Shown in pieces: positions 36,761 through 49,883 of a stretch of DNA of 64,000 nt. Below the pieces are notes generated by a model. The model worked only from the letters and a program-made list of their open reading frames with translations, had not been told where the DNA came from and did not search any database. The DNA comes from Octopus sinensis (lineage: Eukaryota): NCBI RefSeq assembly GCF_006345805.1, contig NC_043005.1, positions 40,734,001 through 40,798,000 of the forward strand, given 5' to 3'. Position 1 is the first letter of the stretch; each line of letters begins with the position of its first letter. The position numbers and the translations under genes are program-made.

Positions 36761-38857
36761 CTGAAAGAATAGTTGGATTTAATTGTTAATATTTTCAGTA
36801 TACAAATTTTCTATTTCTTTTTCTTAACCTTTTCTATTCAGGTTTTCTATATATGCAGGTTGTTTCATGTGGACAGATGTACAGTTTTTTCCAAGGGACC
36901 TCAACACACTAATTCTTCTAAACAAACATTGAGACATGTCTTAACTCCAACATACCAAACAGTTCTATAACAATGACTTCAAACTTTTCACTGTAAGAAA
37001 AACATAAGCACAAAAAATTTTCAGTGAAACAAACTAATTTAACTAAATATTTTCATTAAATTTCTTCTAGAAGAAATAACAACACATCAGAGATGGTGGC
37101 AGATGTCTGAAAACAGTTAATCATGGAAAGAACATTTTCTGCTACTTTGCCAAGAAGATCATGTGATTAACATTTAGAAGACTTCACAAAACGGTCACTT
37201 GCATAAAGTGTAAGCAAGCTTAATGCTAGTTAATTTCACTGTAATCCATTTAAGAATTTACACAGCAGGTTTAAAATGCATTACTCGATGACAAAATTAA
37301 ACGAGGAATTGAGATTCAAAGAATCCATATAATGTTGAAGTAGAGTGCTCAGTGTAAAACACGGTGAGCTTTAGAGTGACAGATCAATTCCCATGACAAC
37401 AAAAAGGAAACAATTATGTACTTGTTTTGAAGAAACAAAAGGAAAAAAAGCATCAGAAACACTAGAGTGATGGTGATGATTTGCAGATAGCAAACGGAGT
37501 ATTTCAATTATCATAATTAGATTCAATGAGCAGAGAACAAAAACTTTTTCAATAATTAGGGAATCATTTAATGGTATTAATTCTCTGACATTCTGATGCA
37601 TCATGTTGGTTTTGAAACACTTCACCACCCATGTGCTATTGGCATATCAGCAAGTTGTGCTCCTGAAGTTGATTTAATCTTTTAGAACAGACCAAATTCT
37701 CTTTGAAAAAAAAAAAATGAATTTTGTCTAAAATCAAGCAAATGTATATATTCCAGAAAAGTTAATTTTATTCTATAATTTTTGCTTGCATTAAGAAATG
37801 AAAGTGTGTGTGTCTGTGTGTGCACATGAGTGCGTGCTTTGCACTAGCAAAAGTTAAAGAATTTAGCATTTCAAGAATATGCTAAAGCAATGAAATTTTT
37901 AATATTTAAATTTTTGTTCTTTATTTCAAATAGCCACAGCTGTGCACTTAAATTGTTTTGTGTTTAAGTTCTTTGTACAAAACCGTAAGCAAGTGTTTTC
38001 TACTGCAACCTCATATTGATGAGTGTCTTATGAGTGGGATTCAGCAGGATAAAAAGTGCTTAGAAGCCTTTTGTGTGTGCGTGTGTTCACACAAGTTTTG
38101 AGTATATATGTGTGAGAGCATATATATCATTGAATTGCGTCCCTTCATGTAAAAAAGTAACTTAGCTATTAAATGAATAGAAATTAACAAAATAAGCACC
38201 ATACTGAGATAAATATTAAGTTTAATATCATCAACTAGACCCTTGAATGTACTGTCTCAGCATGGTCACAGTTCAATGACTGAAAAACAGTAAAAAATAC
38301 AAATTTAATCTTATTCTCTGATTAACAAAACTTCACTTTTCTTTTTAGAATTTTCCATGTACTTTTTTTGAACTAGCTTTATTTCTGTTTTGTTCTCTAA
38401 GATTGTTTTAAATTTGATTATATGCATAGGATCTGTTATATATTTTTCTAAAGACTCGTCTGATATCTCTTCCAAAACACAACAGTGAAAAACAAATTTA
38501 TTGTCTCAATCAATTTTCAGATGTTTTAAGCATTGTACGTTTCTATTTAAACACAAATTTAACAGAATATTTTTTTAACTAGTGAAAATGTGATTGGTTA
38601 CTGAAAATCTTTTCTTTACAATCATTATAACATTAAATTAGGGCAGAAGATAAGCAGAATCATTAAGTTGTTGGAGGAAATGTCTTGTAGCATTTGTAGA
38701 CTTCAAATTCAGCCAATGTCAAGTCTGCTTTCATTCTTTTGGGGTCATTTCAACTGACTTACTCCTCTTACAAAATTTTTGACCTTATGTCAATATCAGC
38801 AACTATTATAATACTAAATTATAATAGAGAATCGGATCGCAGCTAATCAAGTCTTAA

Positions 38858-39077
38858 CCCTTTTGTTACTAACCCGGCCAAAACTGGCTCTTGCTCTGTG
38901 GTAAAATGTCTTGTTTTCATAAGTTTTGAATTAAAATATTCCACCAATCCTTAGTCAAAATTTATGTTCCTAACACTAGCTGAATGATAACTAAGTTATT
39001 TTACTAAATTCTTTGTTATATTTAAAGTAATTGAAAGAAACACAGAGCATCTCAAAATAAATACAGTAACAAAAGGG
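38858..39077. mobile_element. TTAA-flanked MITE (piggyBac-like ends), family B
   Basis: Perfect 12-bp TIRs CCCTTTTGTTAC / GTAACAAAAGGG with TTAA on both sides; 220 bp. Confidence 0.88.
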
Positions 39078-40897
39078 TTAAAGGCTCAATATTGGGTACT
39101 GTACAGTGTATGCAGTAGAGTTACTAAACTCCAAATAACTCAGTTACCCAAACCGAAGAAAAATAGATACTTACAAACAACATCACCACACAGAATCAGT
39201 AAACTATAAAATAAGTGTTGTTTTGATTGCTAACAGACACTGAGTTTAAAAACCTCCCATGAACAAATACTGTTATGCACTAAGCTATTCCTTATTTAAA
39301 GACATGACAACTGTGAGGTAACTGATTGACAGATAAAAGGAAAACATTAAAAAACATAATTGTTTATATTTCAGGGTGGAATTTTATTAATTTTTTTTTT
39401 CTTTTTCAGAATAAACACACACTCTATATACTTGTTCTTCATTTCAGCTTTACTATTGCTCTCATTTTAGTGTCCTTTGCTTGAATTGTTTCCTGTTTCA
39501 TCCATTCTGACTTTCTGGAAGCCAGAATGGATGAAACAGAACAGAATGAAACACATGGGATGGAAAGTTGCTGAAGAGGTCACAGGATGTGAGGAAAGAT
39601 TTCAGACAAATGACATTAAGATTAAAACAATAATAAAGCTAAAATGAAGAACGGATGTATAGTGCATGTGCTTATTGGAAGAAAAAAAGAAAAGAAAAAG
39701 AAAAGAAAATGACCATCTCAAAACATAACAATATCTGTTTCAACACATGATTTCACATCAGGAATCTTGCAAAACAAAAGACAAACATTTAAAAACATTC
39801 ATAAATGTGATTAAAAAAAAAAACAGGACATAAAGTAGAAATGACTCAGTGATTGAATCAAATTGGGTGTGAAAGAAAATAAAGCAGATGAAAACATTTA
39901 AAGATCCATAACTGATGAAAAGAAAACAAAAACAACCATCTATATTATTGATTAAAATCTATTTTTTTCTGGTGACATATGTTTGCAGTATAGCACCTAA
40001 CGCTCTTCCTGCAATCAACTCATCTATCAAGTTTACAATGTTTGACCTTACATCATCTTCCTGTGTCATCTTGGTCATTTATCTTCTATGAAAGATATCT
40101 TGTGACTTTTTAAAATATATTTAAAAAATTTTTTAATGCTTTCAAAAAAATAGGAGTTGAATAGTTCAGTGATTACTGAAAATGGCATGTATTTCAATCA
40201 AAAGGCCATTTTATAGTACAATGGATTCTATTGTATAAGTAGAACATCTGATCTATTTTCCACTTTGCACTGAACAACCGTCACATGGTTCATAGATTCA
40301 TATCTGCAGAAGACATTTCTTTGTGTCTTCGGGCATTCATTTATTTATCTCTTATTTCTATGCACTTCCTATCACTTATTTCTGGAGGATATATATAAGA
40401 GCAGCTTAGAAAAGATATCTCGACTAGATTAACATTATATCTTAGAAGAGATCTGATTTACATCAGCTTTACTGCAATAAACAAAAAGAATTTAAACAAC
40501 AAAAGTTTAGTTACTGATGGTTAATGGTAAGATTTAAAACAAAAATATGAGTAGAGTACATTAACAATGAAGGATTAGATAACAATTTGGTTATGGAATC
40601 TAGATGCAAGTGGGGAGGAGAGACAAAAACTGACAGACATGGAAGGGTAAACAAAGTAAAATTGGTTAGAATTGGATAGGATCAAGATTTAGAAAAACAG
40701 AGTAGAATATGTTGCAGTAATTATGCTACATGCAATGGTGGGACAAGATTTGAGAGCTTATTCAGTGAACCTTGGCAAGTTTTGTTCCATCAATTCAAAA
40801 GACAAAAACTGACTTTGCAAGTCTCACAAAACTAGCCACTATATCTCCCTGCTTCCTACCAGTCCTTCTGGAAAAAATGGTATATTGTAAGACTTAC

Positions 40898-40960
40898 TTG
40901 TCTAACTTTTGCTTGTTCTTTTGACTTTGTAGCTGGGCTGGCCATATGATCTTTAATTTC
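40898..40960 (-). CDS. STX6: syntaxin 6 exon (63 nt)
   Basis: ttgcag|GAA ATT...AGA CAA|gtaagt. Encodes EIKDHMASPATKSKEQAKVRQ, similar to human [21 protein letters not shown]. Confidence 0.9.
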
Positions 40961-43900
40961 CTGCAAGAAAAGAATTTTGTTTTTATTTTGATTAGGACAA
41001 ATTACATTTAAAAAATTAATTTATAAAATGTAACAAACTTTATTTTGTATGAAAATGAGTTAACAAGAATAACTCAATGTCTAATTATATGTTTTGAATA
41101 ACAATGGAAAATTAAATACTGTAAAAGATAAATTGTTGATATATTGTAATTATCTCTGTTACCAGAGAAGACAGAACAATTGCTTAGTGGCAATTAGGAG
41201 AACTCCAAATGAAAAGGGGAGATTATCTCAAGAATTAGGAATTCTTCAAAAGTGACATACCATCAAAGAATTGAATCAGATTGCCTCCAGACATTCAGAT
41301 TCAATTCTTTATATGTAAATATACAGATACTGAACAAATTCCTCTATGTGGTCTGTTGACAGGCAAGAAATAACAGCCAATTATCTTCATGCAATCTTAA
41401 TCGCATACAACAACGCAATGGCTAATGCAGTCCTAAAACGTTATAGACTATCTCTGAATAAAAGACCAGATGGCCATCGTTGGAATACCTTCAATTATAG
41501 TTATAGGTAGGCCCTTTGCTCAGTCAGGGTTGACTTGTAGTTAAACAATATCAAGAGAAATATCTGACACTAACCAAAACTAAACAATAACAAAATAAAA
41601 ATTAAAAATATGAAAAATGCTGCATCTATTAGTTGTAAATTTGTATCACGATGTCAGGTTAGAACTACAAATTTGTAGCCCCAATTGCATGAAGCCTAGC
41701 AGATGGCTGATATGTATTTTATTGAAACTAGGAAAGGAGAAAGGCTAAGTTGATCAAAAACATGGAGACCAAGTTTATGAAATGAAAGCATTTAGTCCAT
41801 CATTTTGTTATTTCTGTAACTTCACAACCCTGGGGCCTAACTCAATGACAACCAACATCATACTTTAAAAATATACTGAACAAAAAATAATAAAAATGAA
41901 AACATCAATAATAAAGTGAATTTTGTTACTCTTTCTAGGCTTTAATTTACATTTTTTGACTTTTATTCATTTTCCAACTTTTCTGTAATGTTCTCTTGAT
42001 ATTGGTTTCAAATTTTGGCACAAAGCCAGCAGTTTGTGGGGAGGGGCTAAATAGATTAAACTGACCCCAGTGTGCAACTGGTATTTATTCTATTGACCCT
42101 GAAAGGACAAAAGGCAAAGTTGATCTCTGCATGATTTGAACTCAGAACATAAAGACAGATGAAATGATGCAAAGCATTTTACCCAGATCGCTAATCATCT
42201 CTTTATATTACAAAGATGTTATATGCAACAACCATTGAAGAAAGCCACCATCAGATCTAGAATGATGACTGGCAAAATTTATGCATAGCTAGGTTTGTAC
42301 CCACAACCCAATAATCTGTATTATCTTAAAACCCACATAGGCAAATAACTGGTTGGGATTAAATGAATTCTATGCTAATTATTCCTAGCAACAAATATAT
42401 TCTATTTTTGACTGATTTGAGACAAAGTGGATGATCTCCAAAAAGTGTATCCCTCTAAAAACCACTACTTGCATAAGTGGTTGTTTAGCCTTTGGTCAAA
42501 CTGGAGAGAATTGATCAATGACCACAGATATTCCAGCTGTGATCATCATAACTTTTTTATGTGTATATAGGACCACATCACCTAATGTGTCCTTTTCTTA
42601 TTTAAGACAGTATGGTATGATCTGAAGGAAATTTATCTGCTATTTCTAGTGAGACCTGCATTCACATAGAGGTTTCCTCTTTGGGCTTGTGCATAACCAA
42701 ATCTTTCTTTGCAGTCATCAGTCTGCAGGAGTTCAAGTTGAATATTAATTGTATAAACCATATCACACCAATCTGGGTAGGTTTCCCTATGCCATTGGAG
42801 ATACATTATCTCTGACCAATAACACTAACAACATTTCTGCCACCACCATAGTAGTGCATTTACATTTCAACCAAACCAGAAATTAAATGGAGCAAGGTGT
42901 AGCCCTCTAATCTACTTAGCAAGGAAGTAACTCTAAATAAAAAGTGACACATCCAGTCCATGCCACAAAGCAAGTGGACGTTAAGTGGTGATGATAATGA
43001 GCAAGATGAATGGCAACATTACATTTTCAATCTAAATTCCCACAGACATAACAACCACTATTTCCACTAATAACAACAGGTATACATTGTTATGTAGTGC
43101 TTTCAGCATTACATAACAATCAATATTTTAATTTGTGTTTCAAATCCCAATACAGACATTGTGTCTTAGAAAAAAATATTTAATTTTACTGTGTTTTACA
43201 TAATTGTCGTCATTACCATCAAGGTAATTCACATCTGTTGCTATGCCAACAGACATCTCTATCCCACATCTACACTGCACCATATTCGTAACAGAAGGAA
43301 CATCAAAGGCAAGAAAGAACATTAAAATTTATTGTCATGTGCATAAAACAACAAGACAGTTTTATAAAGTTAGCTACCATGAACAATAATTGAAATAAAA
43401 CAATAACAAATAAAATGACAAGTAAATTAAAACAGTAACAGGGACCAGTTCTGTATTACATTCCCATTCTACAAAAACATACTGCCATTAGAGATGGAAC
43501 AAAGACAATTGAGTAACATACTCTGTTCTACATCAACAGAACTGACAAGATACAAACTGACATAATAGACATAAATATAAACTCTAAACATCATTTTATT
43601 CTGTGTACATCAGCACCAATACTATATGTATTGTAAAGCACATTTTGCCATTGCTGAAGGGAGCCACGATGAACTGTTTGATATGCTAAGAAAAGCAGTT
43701 AACTTTCCTTTAACCTTCATCCTAATGTCTTAAAAGAAAGGGCACACTGGATAATGTTGTGTGGAGTACAGAACACCTGAGGAAAAGATGGCATGTTTAT
43801 AGGTAGATTCAATATTTTTGTCCATAGGACAACTTGAGTATGGCTGAAGTGGGGAGTGACAAAATGTGCACTACATCCTTAGCACAATATCACTGGAAAA

Positions 43901-44482
43901 TAATTCTTAGCTTTGCCTCAAACTCACAAACAGAAATAGCTACATCAATAAAACATTTTCGTTTTACTACACAATGCTCATGACCATTTCTAGGGCCACT
44001 GAGACTAGTAAGAGGTAAGAAGGAAGTTCTCAAATTGGTAACCAGGTTTGAATATTTACAACAGAGGGAACTCGAATAAAGGCATCCCTAAGTGTCTTTT
44101 GTGGGGGGTGTTAAAGTGAAAAACAAATTGAGTTTATTGGTGAAGAACTCAATGTGCAATCATTATTATTATTATTATTAGTCATTTATTTGTTAATTGC
44201 TGGCAAGAGTGTTAAGGTAATGACTAACTTAGTAAAAGCAAATACTGCAAAACATCTCATCTGATGCTCTAGAATTCCTGCCAAACCACTGGCCTGGATT
44301 TACGTTTTTTTTCAATCCTGAAAGGATGAAAGAAAGGCAAAGGCGACCTTGGCAAGATTTCAATTTAGATTGCACAGAGCTAGAACAATTAGTGCAAAAC
44401 ATTTTGTCCTACAAATCTCCAATTCACTGTCCTATACTATCCTCCTCCTCCTCGCCCTCTTCTTCTTTCTTTCTTTCTTATT

Positions 44483-45045
44483 ATTGAGTGAGAGAGCAGT
44501 GCATGCCATCAAAGTGACACTGCGGTACAAATATACAAAGCCCAATATACCCATCATGATTGATAAGGGTACGCCAGGTACATACATCACAACTATATGT
44601 GCGTGATGTGGTGATTTCATATCAAGATAAACAACACATAACCTTGCAGGTGGGGCCCAGTTAGTTTTCTTCAGGATGAGTAGCCCATCCTGCTCAAAAG
44701 GTCCTTGAATAAGGGTTGTTTAAGGATGTTGAATGAAACACCAATGTTTCCAGAGGTGAATTATTCAAACCCCACAAAATTCCTCTCAACTCAGAGCTAT
44801 GATGTTCCCCCACTACTCCTACTCATGATCAGAGATATACATATCGTCAGCCACCAAAGGATATGCTCAACTGGTTATGGTCAAACAACTGACATGCAAA
44901 TCTGTGGAATTGAGCAAAATATTTGCTGTAGCCTATCTTTTATACCAAGACAAAACATGTACATGATAAGACTTCCGATCAGTTAAGATCAGAAGCCATG
45001 AGAGCCAGTACCTGCTATTGCATCAGGGCATTTATTATTATCATT
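44483..45045. mobile_element. unclassified interspersed repeat bounded by (TTC/TTA)n and (TTA)n tracts
   Basis: GC-elevated ~560-bp block between simple-repeat tracts. It resembles a repeat recalled from octopus sequence; there is no second copy in the window. Confidence 0.5.
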
Positions 45046-46065
45046 ATTATTATTATTATTATTGGTCATTTATTAGTTAATTGCTGGCAAGAGTGTTAAG
45101 GTAATGACTAACTTAGTAAAAGCAAATGCTTAAAATATTTTTACTTGAAAGAACTGGTTCTTTACTTTTCTCATTGATGGGTATATCTTTCACACATATG
45201 CATATCTATAAGAATCTCTTTTTGCACAGTTTCTCTCTTCCAAATTCCATTCACAGAGCATCGATCAAGTCAAAGCTATGCTAGAAGATACTAGCTTAAG
45301 GTGACATGCAGTAGAATCAAACCTGATACCACATGCCAACAGAGTAAATTCTTAACCATACAGCCATTTTTTTTTTATGGGATAATTCCATATGCAAAAC
45401 AAATCATACAAAATATATATATATAACATCAACTTATTAATCGCAGCCCCAGAAGAATTTTGAAAAAAAAGGTGGCAGTTTATTATCGAGTTTTTGGGGT
45501 GAATATGGTTTATTTATATATGTCTACATGTATATGCATGTGTGTGTGTGTGTATGTGTTTGTGCGCATGCGTGCACACACTGGGGCAAACATGATTATA
45601 AAACAAGAACTGTTATGCTTCAAGTGAGTCTACATTGCCACTTTATCTGTGATCTCAACCAAAACTTATGGTAAAGGATACATATGGGCACACATATTTA
45701 TGTGTGTCTGTGTGTGTGTATTTGCATGTATAGACATTTATAAATATATATATGTGCATATACAAACACACACACACACACAAAATATATGTGCATACAC
45801 ACACACACACATATACAAAATATATGTGCATACACACACACACACATGCATATATATATCAACATCATAATCATCTGCACAAGTGAGATCAATGAAAGGT
45901 CATTCACCAGACTGTAGTGCAATGAAGTGTGGTTATAACAAACAGAGAGGAAGACTGAATAAATGTGACAAGGAAAAGCAAGAGAAAAAAGAGATAGTAA
46001 AAAAAGTAAGTTAGAAACCAAATGAAGTAGACAATAGAATAAGGAAAGGCAAATAAGATACTTAC

Positions 46066-46159
46066 CCTCACCACCTGCTTCGTCTTCTCTATGAAGCCTC
46101 TTCTCTCTCGCAATTCCTCATCAGTGATTTTGAATTTTTTTGGATTCTTCTCCACAATA
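46066..46159 (-). CDS. STX6: syntaxin 6 exon (end of Habc domain); first STX6 exon found in window
   Basis: Encodes IVEKNPKKFKITDEELRERRGFIEKTKQVVR, similar to human [31 protein letters not shown]. Donor AGG|gtaagt; the acceptor is ambiguous by 1 nt (46159 or 46160). Confidence 0.93.
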
Positions 46160-46543
46160 CTTGGAGAAAGGTTAAAGTAAATAACAAATTGAACAGTAGA
46201 TGTGCATCAGGAGGAAAAGAGATGCTATCAGACAAACAAGTGATATAAGTGGAGGAGAAATAATGGTTTAATGAATAAACAGGCAAATGGACAGATGGAC
46301 TGAAGATAGACAAGTAGATGAACTGAAGATAGATAGGCAAACAGACAGACAGATGTTCAGGCAGATTAACTAGCATACTGATGAAGCAAGTAATGGCCAG
46401 AAGGACAGAAAGAGAAAGATGGACAGACTGATAGTTAGGCAGATAACCTAACAGAGGGAACTAATGGACACTCTGAATTACCAACAAACATAAGTGGACA
46501 GCTGAAAAAGGAAGCTGTGTGTGTGTGTGAATATATATATATA

Positions 46544-47392
46544 AGAGAGGGTACCCAAAAGAAACTGGTATTTTGCAGTGTTATTTTATTCACTTAGTTT
46601 TACATGTTGACATTTTTATTGCCTTCAAAGTATTCTCTATTTGAAGCAATGCTTCGGCTCAGATGCATTTACCACTGTTTGAAGCAGTGCTGGAGATCTT
46701 GGAAAGTGATACCTTTTAATGCCGCCATCGTTTTTTTCCTTCACCTCTTCCACATCTGCAAATTCCATAGCACCAGCTTTCATCACCATTGATGACCTTC
46801 GAAAATGCATTTAATCATGACTGCTTTTGATCTTCCATGAGCAAGCAAGGCACAAATTTTGCTACAACTCTTTTCATTCACAATTCCTCACTCAACATTC
46901 ATTAGCAGGAGCTCCAGGACACACCAATCATATCAACAAGTTTGTTTCAGTCCTCCAAGATCAGTTCATGAATTTTCATGATGTTTACATTCATTCAGGA
47001 GATCGCCGGTGACCCTGAACATGGTTGGTCTTCAAGCAACAAGTGACCATTCCTGAAGTGTGAAAACCACTCACAAATTTGTGCTTCGTTCATGGCAGTG
47101 TCCTTGTAATCTGAAATATGACAACTGTCTCGGCCTTCATTTTCTCTAGCAGAAAACAGAATTCCACAGAAGCATGCTGTTCCTTCATTTCAGCCGTCAC
47201 AAAAATTGATGAATAGGAAAGAAGCACTGTAAAACAATGATGCACTATGTAGCAGTATGACCTCACCCGATGCCGCTGGTCGGCAGACTGAAGCCTGAGG
47301 GTTGCATTAAGTGGCTTCTAGCAGTGGAAGCCCAAACTACAATGGGCTTGTCCCACAGAGAATGATTCAAGTTATTTTTGGATACCTCCTCA
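46544..47392 (-). mobile_element. internally deleted mariner-family element
   Basis: Imperfect TIRs (gagagggtacccaaaa / tttttggatacctcctca) inside TA runs. The minus strand gives MKEQHASVEFCFLL...EWFSHFRNG..LEDQPCSG and a C-terminal CFKQW...EYFEG. Confidence 0.8.
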
Positions 47393-48799
47393 TATATATA
47401 TATACATATGTGTGTGTGTGTATAAATTAATGTATGTATTTATACAGACATGCTGATATATATAATAAAAATCTTTTTTTATTTCATTTTCTTTGTTTAT
47501 TCCCAAAATTCTTGTAAAGCCAGCAATTGAATTTGAGACGTATAATTGAAGAAAAGTTGGGTTTCATACAATATATTGCATACTTTTGAAGCAGACAATC
47601 ATTTCAATGTAGTCAGTTAGAAAATTATAGGCAAAGATAGAACAGATTGAATTATCTAGTGAAGGATTATGTATGTGAAGAAGCTATTGTGATCTAATAT
47701 TATAGGACCATTTCTAGTGTGATGCTGATTCTATGATATTTACAGATAAACCTTTGTTGAAAACAATTTTCCACAACTGCTGCCTATTACTAAATTTAGT
47801 AATAACAAGCAGCACACCCACGAGGATTATTCTTGGAAACAACTACCACAACAATAAACTGTCATTAAGGAATAACATTGCACAATCATTCACACAATGA
47901 TACAAACATACACCCACACTCGAGAGAGACTTTGAATATAGTCTCTCTGATGCAATTGTTTGCGATAACAGCATAGATTTCTTCAAACTGAAAGCACTAT
48001 TCAATGGCAAACATCAACACTGCCATACAAACAAGAAAGGGAAGGACAAAAGAGATACAAAATATCAAGTAGCCAAAAATGATATTCCCAATGTTTATTT
48101 AGATAGTAATTGTATCAAGGCACATTACAAACCTTATACAGATGGTTTATCAAAAACCTTACAAACAGAAAAAGTCAATATTATACAGTTCATAGCCTAT
48201 AGTACTTCCAAAGTATTTTGAGAGGGAAAGAGAGATTGTATGTTTGTATGATTTTAATCAAAATTCACTGCACTACAGGTGCTATTCTTATTTGTAAATT
48301 TACAGCATGAGTAAACATCTATTCACTACATTTCAATATTGACCACAACTTGCACTATATTTAGATCTAAAAACTACCCTCTTTCTCTCTCTACATACAC
48401 ACATACATATGCATGTGTTTACACGTACACATCATGTTTAGGTTTAAAAACACAGCCTATATGATACCTAGATAATACCAAATAACCCTAAATTCAAATA
48501 AAAATAAACAATTTTGATAGAGTTCGTTCTAAAACCATGTTAAATGCTGTTTCATGGGCCTCAAACCATGGATATGATCCTTGTCTAATGGTAATCTCCA
48601 CTTGGATAGCTTGGCTATCCTTCAATATTCAACAAAGAATCTTGTTACCAATAAGGACCCCAATAGTCTACTGTCTCACCAACAGTGTAGAGTCTCTTCT
48701 TACAGTGTAATCCTGACTGACAATGGTAACTTTACTTTGTGTATCAAAAAGAGTCTTGTCCTTTTCCTTTGGGTGATTGCTTTAAAATGAACAAAATTT

Positions 48800-49883
48800 G
48801 CCAATGTCATGTTCTCGAATACCTGCAGTAAAAAGGTTTAGCCCCCTAGGACATTCATGCTAACATGGTTGCTACATTAGGGGATGACATTCCAGCTTTA
48901 TCAACAATGTAAAAGTAGGCAATTGAATTTAGGAGGGGAAGAAAGACTCTTGAAGGTGACCCAAGGTCAGGATATCATGCAACTGCCACTACTGAGGAAA
49001 CCATTGATCATGTTCACCACATGATGGCTGACAGACTATCAATCAAATAGCCAATACTATTAGCATATCCTGTGAGAGAGTTAAGAATATTCTGCACAGC
49101 AATCTTGGCATGATGAAGGTTTCTGCTTGGTGGGTGTCATGTTGTCATGTTGACACCTGATCAAAAGTGCACAAGACTGCTCACATCACAGCAGAATCTG
49201 ACATTATCTGAGGCAGATATAGCTGGCTTCCTAACCCAGGATGTTTGTTGGATTCATCACTTTGAGCCAGATGAAAAGACAAAGAGACAATCCATGCAGT
49301 GGAAACACCCCTCTTCACCTGTTCCAAAGAAGGCCATGGTCGTTTCATCTGCAGGGAAGGTGATGGCCTCAGTTTTTTGGAATGTAAAAGGCTTTGTGTT
49401 TATTGACTATTTTCAAAAGGGCCACATCATCAATGGAGAGTACTATGCCAACTTGCTGAGGCACTTATAAAGGCTATTAAGACCAAGTGCCCAGGAAAAC
49501 TGATGAAAGGGGTCTTGTTTCATGAGGACAATGCTCCAGCACAGAAGTTTTTGGTTTCAATGGATGGTGTGTGTGACTGTGGCTTTGAACTGGTTGCTTA
49601 AGCTCCCTATTCTCATGATTTGGCTCCACCTGACTATCATCTGTTCCAGAACGTGAAAAATAAAACTTGGTTGAGAAGCAGTATTGCAATGATAATGATG
49701 TCATATATGCTGATGATGACTTTTTTGACCAACAAGATGAAAACTTCTTCACCAATGGGATCCAAGCACTGCAACACTAATGTAAGAAGTGTGTGAACTG
49801 CAAGGAGGACTATGCTGAAAGCTAAACCACATTTGCTCACATTCCACGAGCGTCTTGGTCAAACTATGTACTTTTCAGCTGAC
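48800..49883 (+). mobile_element. decayed mariner transposase (irritans/Himar-like)
   Basis: Fragments include RLLT, QDVCWIHHFEP, KKAMVVSSAGKVMASVFW, INGEYYANLL, HEDNAPA and SHDLAPPDYHLF; stops and frameshifts throughout. Confidence 0.9.

Noticed and set aside
40469-40495. Strong-looking minus-strand acceptor followed by TAA (possible truncating STX6 exon)
   Set aside because: Such acceptors are frequent in T-rich introns and there is no independent support.
45673-45681. Perfect U12 donor motif GTATCCTTT on the minus strand
   Set aside because: Lies inside the intron downstream of exon 46066-46159 with no plausible exon attached; a 9-mer like this is expected by chance in this much AT-rich DNA.
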